Source: the human T2T-CHM13v2.0 reference genome, Homo sapiens
Strand: one strand, 5' to 3'
Assembly (NCBI RefSeq): GCF_009914755.1
Contig: NC_060926.1
DNA length: 64,000 bases
The translations under genes were made by a program, and so were the position numbers. Under the pieces are notes generated by a model that worked only from the letters and a program-made list of their open reading frames with translations, did no database searches and was not told the DNA's origin. Below are positions 30,429 through 42,705 of this stretch, one piece after another; the stretch's first letter is position 1, and every line of letters starts with the position of its first letter.

Positions 30429-31479
30429 GAAGCCTGCAAATTAACAGAGACTTTTAATTAATTAATCCTAATGAATAAACTTTGTTTGGATCTCAGTCAA
30501 GCAAACAAACTTATGTTTGTCATGCTTTAAGGAAAGCAGTACCAATACGGTGTTCATGGAAGCAGATGGAATCTATTGTGGAAATCGGAAAGAATTAAAA
30601 GAAGTTGGGGAGAGTGAAGGTTCAGGCCAAATGAGCTGGTGGTGGTACTTTTCACAGCCTGTGTGGTGGTACTCATTACAACCTCATTTATTATCCATTG
30701 TCTTCAATTTGCCCCTCGGGGAAATAGTTTGGTCTAAATAAAAGCTCAGAATAAGGATCTAGAAAAAGATTAGCTACATTAAGCCATGCACTCCAATTCA
30801 ACTAGAGATAAAACATGAGGGAAAGAAGGCATATCTCCAAATTCAATTCTCCTAGCTTCAGTTATGTTTTATGGAGAACTTCTGCCATTCACAAGAGATG
30901 TAGTTTCCCCAGGGGAGACAGCAGGTGTACATTTACTCTCAAGGTTATTTAATTGCTGTCAGGAAGACATATGATTAACAAAGCCAAATGCTGGAAATAT
31001 GAAGTATAGACAATTTTAAAGTTGTTTATATAGTGGATTACAGTATATCATACAATGTGTTTATTTGCCATAAACCTGCCTATCACAAACTGTTTCCACA
31101 CCTGTGTGTCTTCACTAAACTGCCTATTGCTTAGCTGTTTGTGAATTCCCAGCTATGTGGATGGCCAGCAGCTGGACAAGGGGCAGCTTCCACTGGTGGC
31201 CTCTCTGAGCCACCTCCAATGTACAAGCTTCACACCAGGGCTTTGACCACTCCAGTCTAGGGTTGAGACCTGCTGGCCCATTGTGTCCCCTGCTTTGATG
31301 AGAGCCCTATGGAAGGAAACCAGTATGGAAATGAAGGGCCTGTGAGGTTCCCCGCTGTCCTTTATGACACCCCACTCAACGTGAGGCCCACTGTCTGTCA
31401 TCTGTGGGATACTCTTCAGAGATAAGTAGGGAGTTGAGAGGAGGCATTTAGAACTGTCAGAGCCATTTGGCAGCATGCA

Positions 31480-31648
31480 TTTGTGTATGTTGAATCTTAA
31501 AATTTTGAAAAGGGACTTGAGTTTTATATGTATTGGTTTTTTATTTCACTTTAAGTTATGTTTATTACATTTTGCCAATCAGTCTGTGACTGATTGGAAG
31601 TAAAAAACAAAACTGATCCTTCACTACAGATAGTTTGAGATGCACTGG
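31480..31648. mobile_element. hAT-Charlie-type DNA transposon end
   Basis: Ends in cagatagtttgagatgcactg, a Charlie/MER5-like terminal repeat. Confidence 0.5.
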
Positions 31649-33404
31649 TAGAGAGTGACGGCCCCAAAGCACGCTGCATCCCAGGGCTTTACCCTGACAC
31701 TCAGCAGTTCCAAGGGGACAGCAGATGGGAAAAATGTGACCCACAAAGATGGCTTTCGAAAGGGTCTCTCAAAGGTGAGGAGCAAACATTGAATCTACTG
31801 CATATGTGTTAGGTTCATTCCAGGGCAGGGCAGATCTAACAAAACCAGCCTAGCTGACCCCTAGTCATGGCATAACTCTTAGGCCTTTCAATACTAGCAG
31901 CAGCAGTAGTAGTAATAGTAGTAGAAGATGAAGATACAGCTAAGACTTATATAGGACTTAACTGTGATCCAGGTTCTGTCCTAAATGCTTTGCCTTGGCA
32001 GCATGCGTTTCTGAGAAGGGGCAGAAAGTCGCTGTCTTTACACAGAGTCTAAGAAGGCTTATATAGACTTACTATAAGCTACAAAATAGCAAATGGTCTT
32101 CCCTTCTCTTTGAAGTGATCTATATTCTAGCCTATACATGTACAGAGAAGTATAACATCCAAATCTGTTTACAGTGATTCCTTGTATAGCCATGCAAATT
32201 TACTAATGACTGACCCCTTCTTAGGGTATTTTGAAACATCATGCCAAATATACTAGCTATATTGCATATGCCAGATATACTAAAGACAGTAATTAAAGAA
32301 ATTTAATACCCAGGAAATAGGAGTTTGTGTGCAGATACTGGTCATGGAGCATATCTGGAAAATTATTAGTACAGAAACAGCATTCAATTTTAGAAAATAT
32401 GGAGATAGTTTGACCAATGTTTTGATTATTTGTTGCTGCACTTGGACATTCTCAGGCATGAAACAGAAACAAAAAATATATAAGAAAGACAACAGAACAA
32501 AACTTACATTACTGCATAGAGACATTATCCAAGACCAAGTCTTTATCTGCTAGTTTACTCCCTCCGAAAAGATAGAAGACTGAGAAGTATTTCAGATATT
32601 TCTTTGCTCCTTCCTGCATCATTAGGGTTTTTAAAAATGTTTGAGTTTTCTAAAGCCTATATTTAACAGTATAATAGAGAGTCTGTTCACCCTATTCCTC
32701 TAAGAATGAGCCTTCTTAGACTCTGTAAAGAGAGCTACTTTCTGCCTTCTCCAATAATCTCTGCAACAGCCAGAGCTACCCCTACTATTGTTGGCAGCCA
32801 GATTCCCTGCCTGGCTTTGAGGTGGTCAGAAAATAGTTAATCACACACAGACTTTCAGTGTATGGTTGTAGGGAGGATTAAGGAGTTCACCCTAGGGAAA
32901 CATAAATGGTGGTAGCGATGGGGACTAGTTCCCTACCTCACGTTTCCATGGCCTCTTGTCCCTCGTCAGGTTCCGTGGACAAGCTGGTGCTTGACTCTGC
33001 AAGCACAGTGGATAGTTTCAATCCCAGGTGAGCAGGGAGGGAGATGTTTCCCCTTCCAACCAACTGACTAAAATTTCTTCTTCTTCCCGTAAATTTAAAC
33101 CTAGTAGTAAAATGGTAATGCTGAATCCCAATCAATTAATATTCACTGGAAGCCCATAACATTCCAGAGCCATGATTCCTGCCCTTGGGAACTTTACCCT
33201 AATAAACTGTAAATCACAGGAGAGCCTTCTCCATATTAACTCTGTGTACCCTTCGAGATGAGGTCATGCTTGTAGGCCTACCCTAAAGGTAGAGAATCCA
33301 AAGGAAAAGAAGGCCAATGCTGCCCAAGACTCAAGGTGTGCCAGTGAAATGCCAAGAAGAAAAAGACATTTACTATTTAGTGGGGATATTTCCAGGAGAG
33401 AAAT

Positions 33405-34003
33405 TTCCAGCTTGTATGAATAGCATAGGAGGTCAACAGCCTCAGGCAGATGGCAGCTGTGAGGCCACACCAATCCTTCTGTCCTCATATTGGCAGACAG
33501 AGGCCTCCACCCTGGAGCTTTGGTGGAGGCCTGGCCACATTTGGGAGCCTGAGCTGGAGACAGAGCCACACCTGGTGCTTGGTTTGAGCCCTGGTCTTTG
33601 ACTTTGGCCAGCAGAACCTGAAACCCTTGGTGATGCAGGGATGAGCACACTTCCTGAGCTTGGGGTGGTCAGTGCAGGCAAGTTGATTGAGTTTGCACCT
33701 AATGCCCTTTGGGATCTTGGTCTTGACCTCCTTGGACTTCACAAAGGCCCTGACAGCCTCAGTTGATTCACTCATGGCCCTGACATCATTGACCTGCGTC
33801 TTCTTCTGGCCCTTCTTGTGCTTCTTAGCAAAGTGCATGTTCCTCAGGAACTTGGGGCCCACCCTTTTAAGAGATTTACATCTTTGACATAGGGTTTTCT
33901 TGATGCCATTTCTGTTCTAGTTGTGTGTAGTGTGATTCTTGGACTTGGCCGTGTTTACACAGTAGCCCAAGGCTCCCAAAGCAACTAGTAGCGGTAGAGA
34001 AAG
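33405..34003 (-). pseudogene. Processed pseudogene of ribosomal protein L29 (possibly RPL29P8, number from recall)
   Basis: 5' pyrimidine tract and UTR; ATG>ACG at 33952 followed by AKSKNHTTHN*; [30 protein letters not shown]; RPL29 3'UTR ctctgccaatatgaggacagaagga. Confidence 0.95.
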
Positions 34004-34074
34004 CGTCCACCCTGTTTCTTTGTGCTATTTCTTATGTCTGTTATAGCGAGAAATAAAGTAACTTATAAAATATC

Positions 34075-34230
34075 TTCAAAAATTGTTATTGTATCCTCCC
34101 CACAAGGTGATAAGATAGATACTAATATCTCCATTTTACTGACAAGGAAACTGAAACGCAGGAAGAATACATCCCTTCTTGAGGTCTTGCAGAATCAAGG
34201 CCTTAACTGAAGTCCTTTTCCTTCAACCCC
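34075..34230 (-). mobile_element. MIR SINE
   Basis: atctccattttactgacaaggaaactgaa. Confidence 0.55.
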
Positions 34231-34289
34231 AGTGTTTTTTTGCCATTTTGGCTGCCTTCATGGTCTTTTACTGGATTTTTTTTTCCTTT

Positions 34290-34480
34290 GGGTATTTCAC
34301 AGTCATCTCAAATTGAATTTATCCAAAATGGAATTCCTGATTTCTTCAAATTGCGTCCTTCTCCTGTTTTCTATATAAGAAATCTGGGAGTCATTTTTGA
34401 TACCTTGTCTCTCTCATTTTCCCATATCCAATCCATCACCACATTATGACAATTATACCTCCAAAACACCCCTCTTGCTA
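34290..34480 (+). mobile_element. L2 fragment
   Basis: catctcaaattgaatttatccaaaatggaattcctgattt...gaaatctgggagtcatttttgat...catatccaatccatcacc. Confidence 0.7.
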
Positions 34481-34629
34481 CTTCTATCTGGTTTAAGTAC
34501 TCTGGATATTTATTTGTTAAGTAAGTGCTGAGGTGGAATATGTGTAATTAAGAAGGATACCAGGAAGACAAAGTAGCTGGGAAGTGAGCTAGATTTCCTC
34601 TTAAAAATAAAGATTTTGAAAGGTCTCTT

Positions 34630-34630
<1 letters not shown>

Positions 34631-34671
<41 letters not shown>

Positions 34672-34692
34672 AGAAGAAGAGAAAAAGAAGAA
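34631..34692 (+). repeat. Pure A39 tract followed by a GAA-rich tail
   Basis: A run at 34631-34669 seen directly. Confidence 0.95.
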
Positions 34693-34874
34693 TTAAGCTC
34701 GTGAGTCATATTAATATCTTAAATTTTCATTTTAGTTTCCCTAGGTGCAACTGAAATTCTTTCTGGAACGAAGCAGTTTAAATTAAATCCATTGTAGTTT
34801 AATAATAAATGAATGCCTTAGATCAATTATCTAGTTTTCTTCTCACAACTAGACTCTTAAGCATAGGCAAACAG

Positions 34875-34965
34875 ATGTTATTATAATTTATGGATTGAAA
34901 ACTGAGGTTCAGAGAGGCAAAGTGACTTGCCCAAGGTCACACAACTGAGACTAGACACCAGAATA
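34875..34965 (-). mobile_element. MIR SINE
   Basis: aaaactgaggttcagagaggcaaagtgacttgcccaaggtcacacaact. Confidence 0.8.
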
Positions 34966-35066
34966 CTCATGCCAGCATGAGTGTTTTTTCCTAGTAAGCT
35001 CTGCTAACTTCTGTAACACATCCTGTCATCATATTTTAGTGCTGAGACAACACCAAAATAGAGTCT

Positions 35067-35445
35067 AGAAAATGTGGCACATATACACCATGGAATACTA
35101 TGCAGCCATAGAAAAGGATGAGTTCATGTCCTTTGCAGGGACATGGATGAAGCTGGAAACCATCATTCTCAGCAAACTAACACAAGAACAGAAAACCAAA
35201 CACCGCATGTTCTCACTCATAAGTGGGAGTTGAACAATGAGAACACATGGACACAGGGAGGGGAACATCACACACTGGGGCCTGTCAGGGAGTAGGGAGG
35301 TAGGGGAGGGATAGCATTAGGAGGAATACCTAATGTAGATGATGGGTTGATGGGTGCAGCAAACCACCATGGCACATGTATACCTATGTAACAAACCTGC
35401 ACATTCTGCACATGTATCACAGAACTTAAAGTATAATTAAAAAAA
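35067..35445 (+). mobile_element. 5'-truncated L1PA (L1PA7-like)
   Basis: ORF2 end plus 3'UTR; TSD aaaatagag at 35055-35063 and 35442-35450. Confidence 0.93.
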
Positions 35446-38400
35446 TAGAGAATAATATAGGAAATTCACTGATTTAGCAGAAACCTGTGGCGCATACACT
35501 GGCTCAGAAAACATAGTTGTTGTTGTTCTTCCTCCTCCCCCTCCTCCTCCTCATCTTCTAGAGATTGTGTGGCACACTCCAACAAATGAAAACAAAGACC
35601 TTAATAAGAAATTTTCCTTATTGGTAATATGACAATTCTGAGTAGGAAAGGAAAAAAAAAACCCATAATGGCAGATTTCTATGATACTCTTTTGCACACT
35701 GATTCTTTCTGCCATGGATACAAATCTTGCATTAAGTGACTATCAGTCTTGCTGAACCTTCACTCAAAATACCTTCTGAAAAACTGTCTTTTCTTATGGT
35801 CCTTCTTGTAGTTAGAAACTATGTCTTCTAAAGAAATTCAAGAAGCAATTCAAAGCAATTTTTTCATTTACTGTTTACAAGGATTGGGTTGGGTCACTCC
35901 AAAATATAATCTTTTTTTGTCAGCTCTATAGCCTAGGTAAAGTATTTCTTTTCTCTCCAAGTGCATGTCATTGAAAAATTTACCACGAGATTCCTAAAAC
36001 CTGGGTCTTATGCTACAGTGCACTCCTAGAGTGCAAACAAAGGTAATGATTTAGAAAATCTCTCGGTGATGTGGATGAGAATGAGTGTTAGAGCAATCCC
36101 TAGGCAGCAGAAAAAGACTCCAGTGCTTACATAGTCCTAGTGTGCACACATGGCTTCTGCTGTAATTCTTTTTTGTTAAAACTTACCTGGCTTTGCGCAC
36201 GACCTCAAATGTGGTGAATTCTAGATAACACCTAATATTTATTCATGCCATTGTCAAGAGCATCTTTGCAGTTCTTGCCAAGGTCTGTCGTCGAATATGT
36301 TTATCCAGCTGCATGGCAAAAACGTAATACACAGTCATCATTTTACTCAGTCACCTACTCAATATTTTCTTCTATAATTAAGTTAACTCATAAATATCAC
36401 ACTTTTAATGCGAGAGAGCCATGGTTCATCCAGCCAGTTGAATAGTTGTTTGTCCATTATCTAATGTTGCCGGGCACTCAGTCATTTCATTATGGAGTTT
36501 GAAATAATGAAAATCATTGCATTTACTTAACATGCACAGTAAACAGACCAGGATCCTTCCAAGAGCTCCTTTATTATGCAGTGCAAGGCCATAGAGGAAA
36601 TTTTGTAAGAAGCACAAAGAACTGTGGGGGCTGTGTTGGAAATGATTTTGGTGTATACAAGCAAATCTGCTCTAATTGTCTAAAGCCAAGGACAGAAATG
36701 CTGGCTCGATTTGCAGCTGGCACAATTTCTGGCTCAAGCAAGTAGAGTTGCAAATAAATACACAGATCTTGATCTTGCTTATACCCGATTCACTACCAGC
36801 TGTGCCCATGACCCCTCTAGGCTATTTCTATGTACTATGGCATTTTTGAGACCCCTTCCTCTAAATATCCAAATGCAGTCTGGTTTTTTAAAGCAACCTA
36901 CGGCAGGTCTTACACATTCATCTCCATAGTATAAAGATTAAAGCTTGAGGACAAGAATCTGCCTTTGCCCTCCAATGCCAGCCCTAGTGACAATAGCATA
37001 ATATGCATCCACGTGGTTACCCAGCCCTAGAGACAAGGGACATATTCCATAGGATCATAGTGAAATCACCTTCTGAATGGAGTATTTATAGCTGGCACTG
37101 CCGGGCAGTTATCTTGTCTAGAATTATATCCAAATTTTGCTCAATCATTCTGGGAATAGCCTTGGTTAGCAATTGCTCATAATGTCAATGCTTTTGGAAA
37201 CTTTTTACTGTCATTTTATTGTTTTTATTTCAAAAATAAAACTTAAAGGAGCTTGAAAAGTAGATTTTTAGATGATCACACACAGGCCTGATTTCAGTAG
37301 TTTCAGTTCTGTGCGTTTTACTTTATGTGCACCCACTGAAATTAGCCAAAATTAATCCATATTTGAACAAAGACTATGGATACAAATGAGCCCTAACTTC
37401 CAAGACTACTCAGTGAAGTACACTAGCTGAAGCGTTTCGAATGCATTGGCCCTGGGAGGCGAGGAAGTTATAGCAAACAACATATGGGCTCTAAAATCTG
37501 GAACTATCCAAGACAGAACAAGAAAGCTATTTTCACTTTCCTTGTTCCATTTTTTTCCTCCAGAAGATGAATGATTTCTAATCACATTTTACTCTCATCT
37601 TTAGAGCTGGATCCTGAAAGAACCAGGTTGGTTTAAAACAGCTAGTGAGTTTGCAGCCCTGTCTTATGATTACCTCATGCATTTGTGTCATCTGCTTTCC
37701 TTGTTGTGTGAAAACACACTGAGGAAATGTGTAAGTCCACTGAATTGTTCCAACTCTTTTATTCACCTTTCAGCATGCTAGTTCCTTCCCTTGGCATTGA
37801 TATCATGCATTTGTCAAAGATAGACTGTCACTTTAGGGCCTCTATTATGTGCAAGAATTGGCAGCAAATTTTACCACTGGGATTTGCTTATATCCTCTGT
37901 ATGTTATTGTACTTCTTTGGCATTCAGTAAATTCCGTGCACCCACTTCTTTGATGTGCATTCCAGCCCCTAAATGTGGAAACAATGACTAAAATTTTGGA
38001 TCAAAGCATCCCATAGATGGCAAGCAACACAGCTCTCTGATAATTCACTAGAACAGAGAGCATCTCCCCTCCCCCACTAAATCTAGGCCAATAGTCCTTC
38101 AAGAACAGCTCTGGCTTCCCCAGAGCTGCAAGGGCATGTGAGGAAGTTGAAGAAAACGACTCCAGGGTTTTAGTAAAAAGAAACTAAACTGGATAGCTCT
38201 TTGGAAGCTCCTGGCCATTTCTAACTATAGGGAAAGCAAACCATTGTTCAGATTCCTTCACCACATTATTTTTCCTGGTCCTGCTCTAACTAGCACTTGA
38301 ACTGGGCCAGCCTTTTTTCAGCTTGGAAAAAGACCTATTTTCTCTATCACGTCAGCCTCACAAAATGGCCCAGATTTTTTTTTAAATGAATCTTTAAAAG

Positions 38401-39534
38401 GAGAGTTAAAAGGCCCATGAATTGAGGATTTTTTTTTTTACTAATTGAAAAATCACAGAACTACCAAAATCTGAACTGGTAACTTTTGCAAACTGGAATT
38501 AGCTGTCTGGAACACACTTTCAATGTTTGCTTTTGCTTTACTCCTGGAATGCCTGTGCAAATAATTACTTGATTCAATTTACTTCACAGGTCAACTTTGA
38601 CTCATAAAAGTAGTAAAGCAGGTAACCTCCCAGGGATGCTGGGAAGACAGATGAGCAAATAGATATAAAATTGTTGTAAGTAATTAGCAGGGGTTGGGGG
38701 TATTTTATAAATCGAGCTTATTTTATGGTTATGTTTTCACTTCACACCATTTAGTATCCAAAATGTGCTCATTATAATTAATACACAATGTTGAGAACTA
38801 TTATAGAAGTACCATATTCCTTTTAAATATAGTGAAGAAAATAATTGTGTTTGAGGAATCTCATCCTGTGTAAATTAGAATTCCCAGTAAAGTGGCATAA
38901 TTGAAAATTGGGCTGACTGCATGGAATGGGGAAGAGAGTCATTTTAGCACGATAGTGCACGTTCCATCAAAAGGTAGTGCACCAAGGTGGCGACTGACAG
39001 CTCTTAAAATAAGTTTCAGATTCTCTCTCTAGATAGGAAGTTTTTAACTGCCTGACATATGCAATAGTGACATCCAGTGGTTGTAGAGATAATTACAAGT
39101 GTATCTCATTTTAAAATATAAAATGTTTTATATTATAATCAAATATTCTGTGTTGTCCAATATTGTCTATATTTTTTATTTGGCAATATGCAAGTCAATA
39201 ATTCAAACTATATACCAAGTAAAGCAAAATGCACTCTGTTTATCTACTAAGCAAATTCCTAAGTCCTATTATTATCTTCTTGTCTTTTAATTTTACTAAA
39301 ATTACAGTAAGTCTACTCTCCAAGGGTCTCTCTGGCCCTCCTAAGCACACCTGGATGTTTTTACAGGCATAAATGGGATGGTGTGCATACTACACACACA
39401 GCAAAAGTGGGAACTGCATTTTACCAGTAAATACTGGAGAAAAGGCATCTGTGATCCTGAACATGTTCATTGCTGCAGAATTGCTCTAAGAAGTTCATTA
39501 AGATGTTTTCTAAGTCATTGAAGAGAAATAAGGA

Positions 39535-39680
39535 TTCAGAAAGAAGAAAGGAAAATAAAATGAAAGAAAGGGAAAAGGAGGGAAAAAGGAAGGAAAGGAG
39601 GAAGAAGGGAGGGAGGGAAGGAAAGAAGGAAGGAGGGAAGAAAAAAGGAAGAAGGGAGGGAAAGGAAGGAGAGAAGAAAG
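39535..39680. repeat. GA-rich (GGAA/GAAA) low-complexity tract
   Basis: Nearly all-purine sequence. Confidence 0.9.
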
Positions 39681-39705
39681 ATGACTATACATTGATCTTT
39701 ATTAA

Positions 39706-40038
<333 letters not shown>

Positions 40039-40126
40039 AAGAAATTATCGTTTTAAAATGCACTTCAACTGCCAGGAAATTAACTAAGGCAAAGATAAAA
40101 TTTTTTCACTTAAAAAAAAATCCTCC

Positions 40127-40280
40127 TGGCACACCTGTAGTCCCAGCTACTCAGGAAGCTGAGGCAGGAGGATCAACCACTTGAGCCCAGAACTTCAAGG
40201 CTGCAGTGAGATGTGATCACTCCACTGCACTCCAGCATGGACAACAGAGTGAAACCCTTTCTCAAAAAATAAAAATAAAA
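40127..40280 (+). mobile_element. FRAM or 5'-truncated AluJ right arm
   Basis: cctgtagtcccagctactcagg...gagcccagaacttcaaggctgcagtgag, then A-tail. Confidence 0.9.
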
Positions 40281-40554
40281 CATTGAAAACAACTGCTACT
40301 ACCACAAAGTACCTAGAACAGAACCACTTACAGGAACATGCTTCAAAAGCATCTCTCTCCTCCATGATGAGGAGGAAATTTAACAGAAGCCTGTGATGTC
40401 ATATTGGCTTGTATGTCAATGCTGAGCACACCAGGTGACAGCACACCAACTTCCCAGAAGCCACACTAGATAGACTGTCATCTGTGTCAGGCTGTTCCTC
40501 AACCTTAGAATCCCTAACTGTTGGAGGTTTTCTTCCCTCAATCACTTGCCTTTT

Positions 40555-40860
40555 TGAAGCTGGAAACCATCATTCTCAGCAAACTAACACAGGACCAGAA
40601 AATCAAGAACCACATGTTCTCACTCATAAGTGGGAGTTGAACAATGAGAACACATGGACACAGGGAGGGGAACATCACACACCGGGGCCTGTTGGGGGGA
40701 TGGGGGGCTAGGAGAGGGATAGCATTAGGAGAAATACCTAATATAGGTGATAGGTTGATGGGTGCAACAAACCACCATGGCACGTGTACACCTGTGTAAC
40801 AAAACCACACATTCTGCACATGTACCCCAGAACTTAAAGTTAAATAAATAAATAAATAAA
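40555..40860 (+). mobile_element. 5'-truncated L1PA (L1PA7/8-like)
   Basis: gaagctggaaaccatcattctcagcaaact...cagaacttaaagt followed by (taaa)n. Confidence 0.92.
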
Positions 40861-41001
40861 CATTCTCAGAATGGGAAGAACTTAGAGGCGCCCTCTTCCA
40901 TTTCTTGCTTGCTGGAGGAGAAGAAAAAATCAAACAAAACAAATAAAACAATTAAAACATCAACTCCAATAGAAGGTACTAAAATCGATATGTAACTCCA
41001 T

Positions 41002-41004
<3 letters not shown>

Positions 41005-41050
<46 letters not shown>
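41005..41050. repeat. (CA)23 microsatellite
   Basis: Seen directly. Confidence 0.98.
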
Positions 41051-41054
<4 letters not shown>

Positions 41055-42590
41055 ATGTGTTGGATTGGTGGAGCATGTGTGCATGAGGCCTGTTATTTGC
41101 ATTAAGCAAAGAGCCCTAGGACAAAGAGAAAGGAATAGCCTCCTTTCACTCTGAGAAATGATTCCCATTTGTGTCGGTGAGAGTTAGGGGAGAGGTGCCT
41201 TGAGACAGAGCAGGTGAGTCGGCAGCCTTTAAGCAGGTTGGTTTGCTTTAACAAGGGCTTTGAACTGCAAGCTGGCTTATGCAGATACTGAAGTCAAATA
41301 CCGCCCTCCTACACACTGCTCTCAGAGTACCTTCCCTCGGAGATTGCTCTGGCTTCTTGCTTCTCTTAGTCATTTTCACAGCACGACTTCATTGGGATAT
41401 ATGGAAGATTAGCATGCCCGGGTCTCACCTCTCCCTTTAATTCTGCAGGAGTCTGGCTGGGCTAGCTTTTATCTTGTGCTCCCTGGAACCCTGACTGGAT
41501 GATTTCTGAAGTCGAGCTGGAGCCCATCTAGAGGGAAGGTGAAACTTCTCCTCAGCATGCAGGGCCTCCTGCACCCACACTGCCACAGCCACCGCATTAC
41601 CAGCTCCTGCCAGTCTGAGGAGCAAGAGGCTGGCATGAAGAATCAGTTCCATTCTTTCCTCCCTAAATTTAGAAAAAGCCTGTTTTGCAAAGCTTTCTTC
41701 AGTGTTTCAAGACAAAAAAAAAAAAAAATTAAGCAGTTGCACAACATGCATATCTTCTCCTGGCCTGCAGCTCCAGGTATAGTTTTACTATGGTATATAA
41801 TCTAATAATCCATTTAATTTCTTTAGAGAGATGTTATATATACAGGTGGCATTTGGATGGAATCACATGCCATAAACCTGTCTGCTCCTATCCAGGTTCA
41901 GAATACAGAAGAAGAATCTGTTTTACAGGCCTTCTAGAATTTTTACATGGTCAGTTGGCTGGTTTTTGTATTCTGGAACATATGAGAGCATCTGCAGGGA
42001 AAAATATATATAAATCCTATAAAATGGTGGCAGGATTTCTGATTTACTGATAGTGCTGGTTTGAATTTTCACAAAAATATTTAGCTACAGGACAATGTAT
42101 TAGGCGTATTCTTAAAGGTAAATAACTGCAGCCAATAAAAGTTCGGCCTATAAAGGGTCCCATCTTCTACTAGTTTTCTGCACCGAGAATTACTACCAGT
42201 ATAATCATGGCTCCCTGCACACTAATATTTCCTCTGATACAGTATGATCAATGTTGTGGAAAAACATTTATTATATTTCTTCTAGCTACTTAAAGGCATT
42301 ACTGAATTATGGGCATCACAAAACAAATCCACTGTGCATTTTTTCTTTATGTGACGTTTTTACAATCTTCATTTTCTGCTTTGCAGCCACTGAGCTATAG
42401 AGATCCACACTTCATCCCTCTTACAACTGCCACTGGGGCCACCCTCTCCTTTCTGCTTTATTACGTCTGAAATGCACTTCATACGATAACATTCCTTTTC
42501 ATTCTGTACTGGACTCTCATTTGAAAGGAAGAAGTTATGAAAGAAATTAAACAATCAGTGTCGTTAATAACAGTTCTTAATCTCCTTACT

Positions 42591-42705
42591 TAACAAAGGT
42601 TATGAAAAAAGGACAAGGGGAGGAGATGGTAACAAACAAAGGTAACATAACAAAGATGGTAACATAACAAAGGTTATGAGAAAAGGACAAGGGGAGGAGA
42701 TGGTA
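42591..42705. repeat. 41-bp direct duplication with a 33-bp patchwork spacer
   Basis: Copies at 42591-42631 and 42665-42705 with 1 mismatch. Confidence 0.93.

Noticed and set aside
36179-36192. acttacctggc resembles the U1 snRNA 5' end
   Set aside because: Similarity stops after 11 nt; better read as a minus-strand splice donor
41388-41420. gaagattagcatgccc resembles U6 snRNA
   Set aside because: Only about 13-16 nt match, with no U6 5' end, tail or TSD
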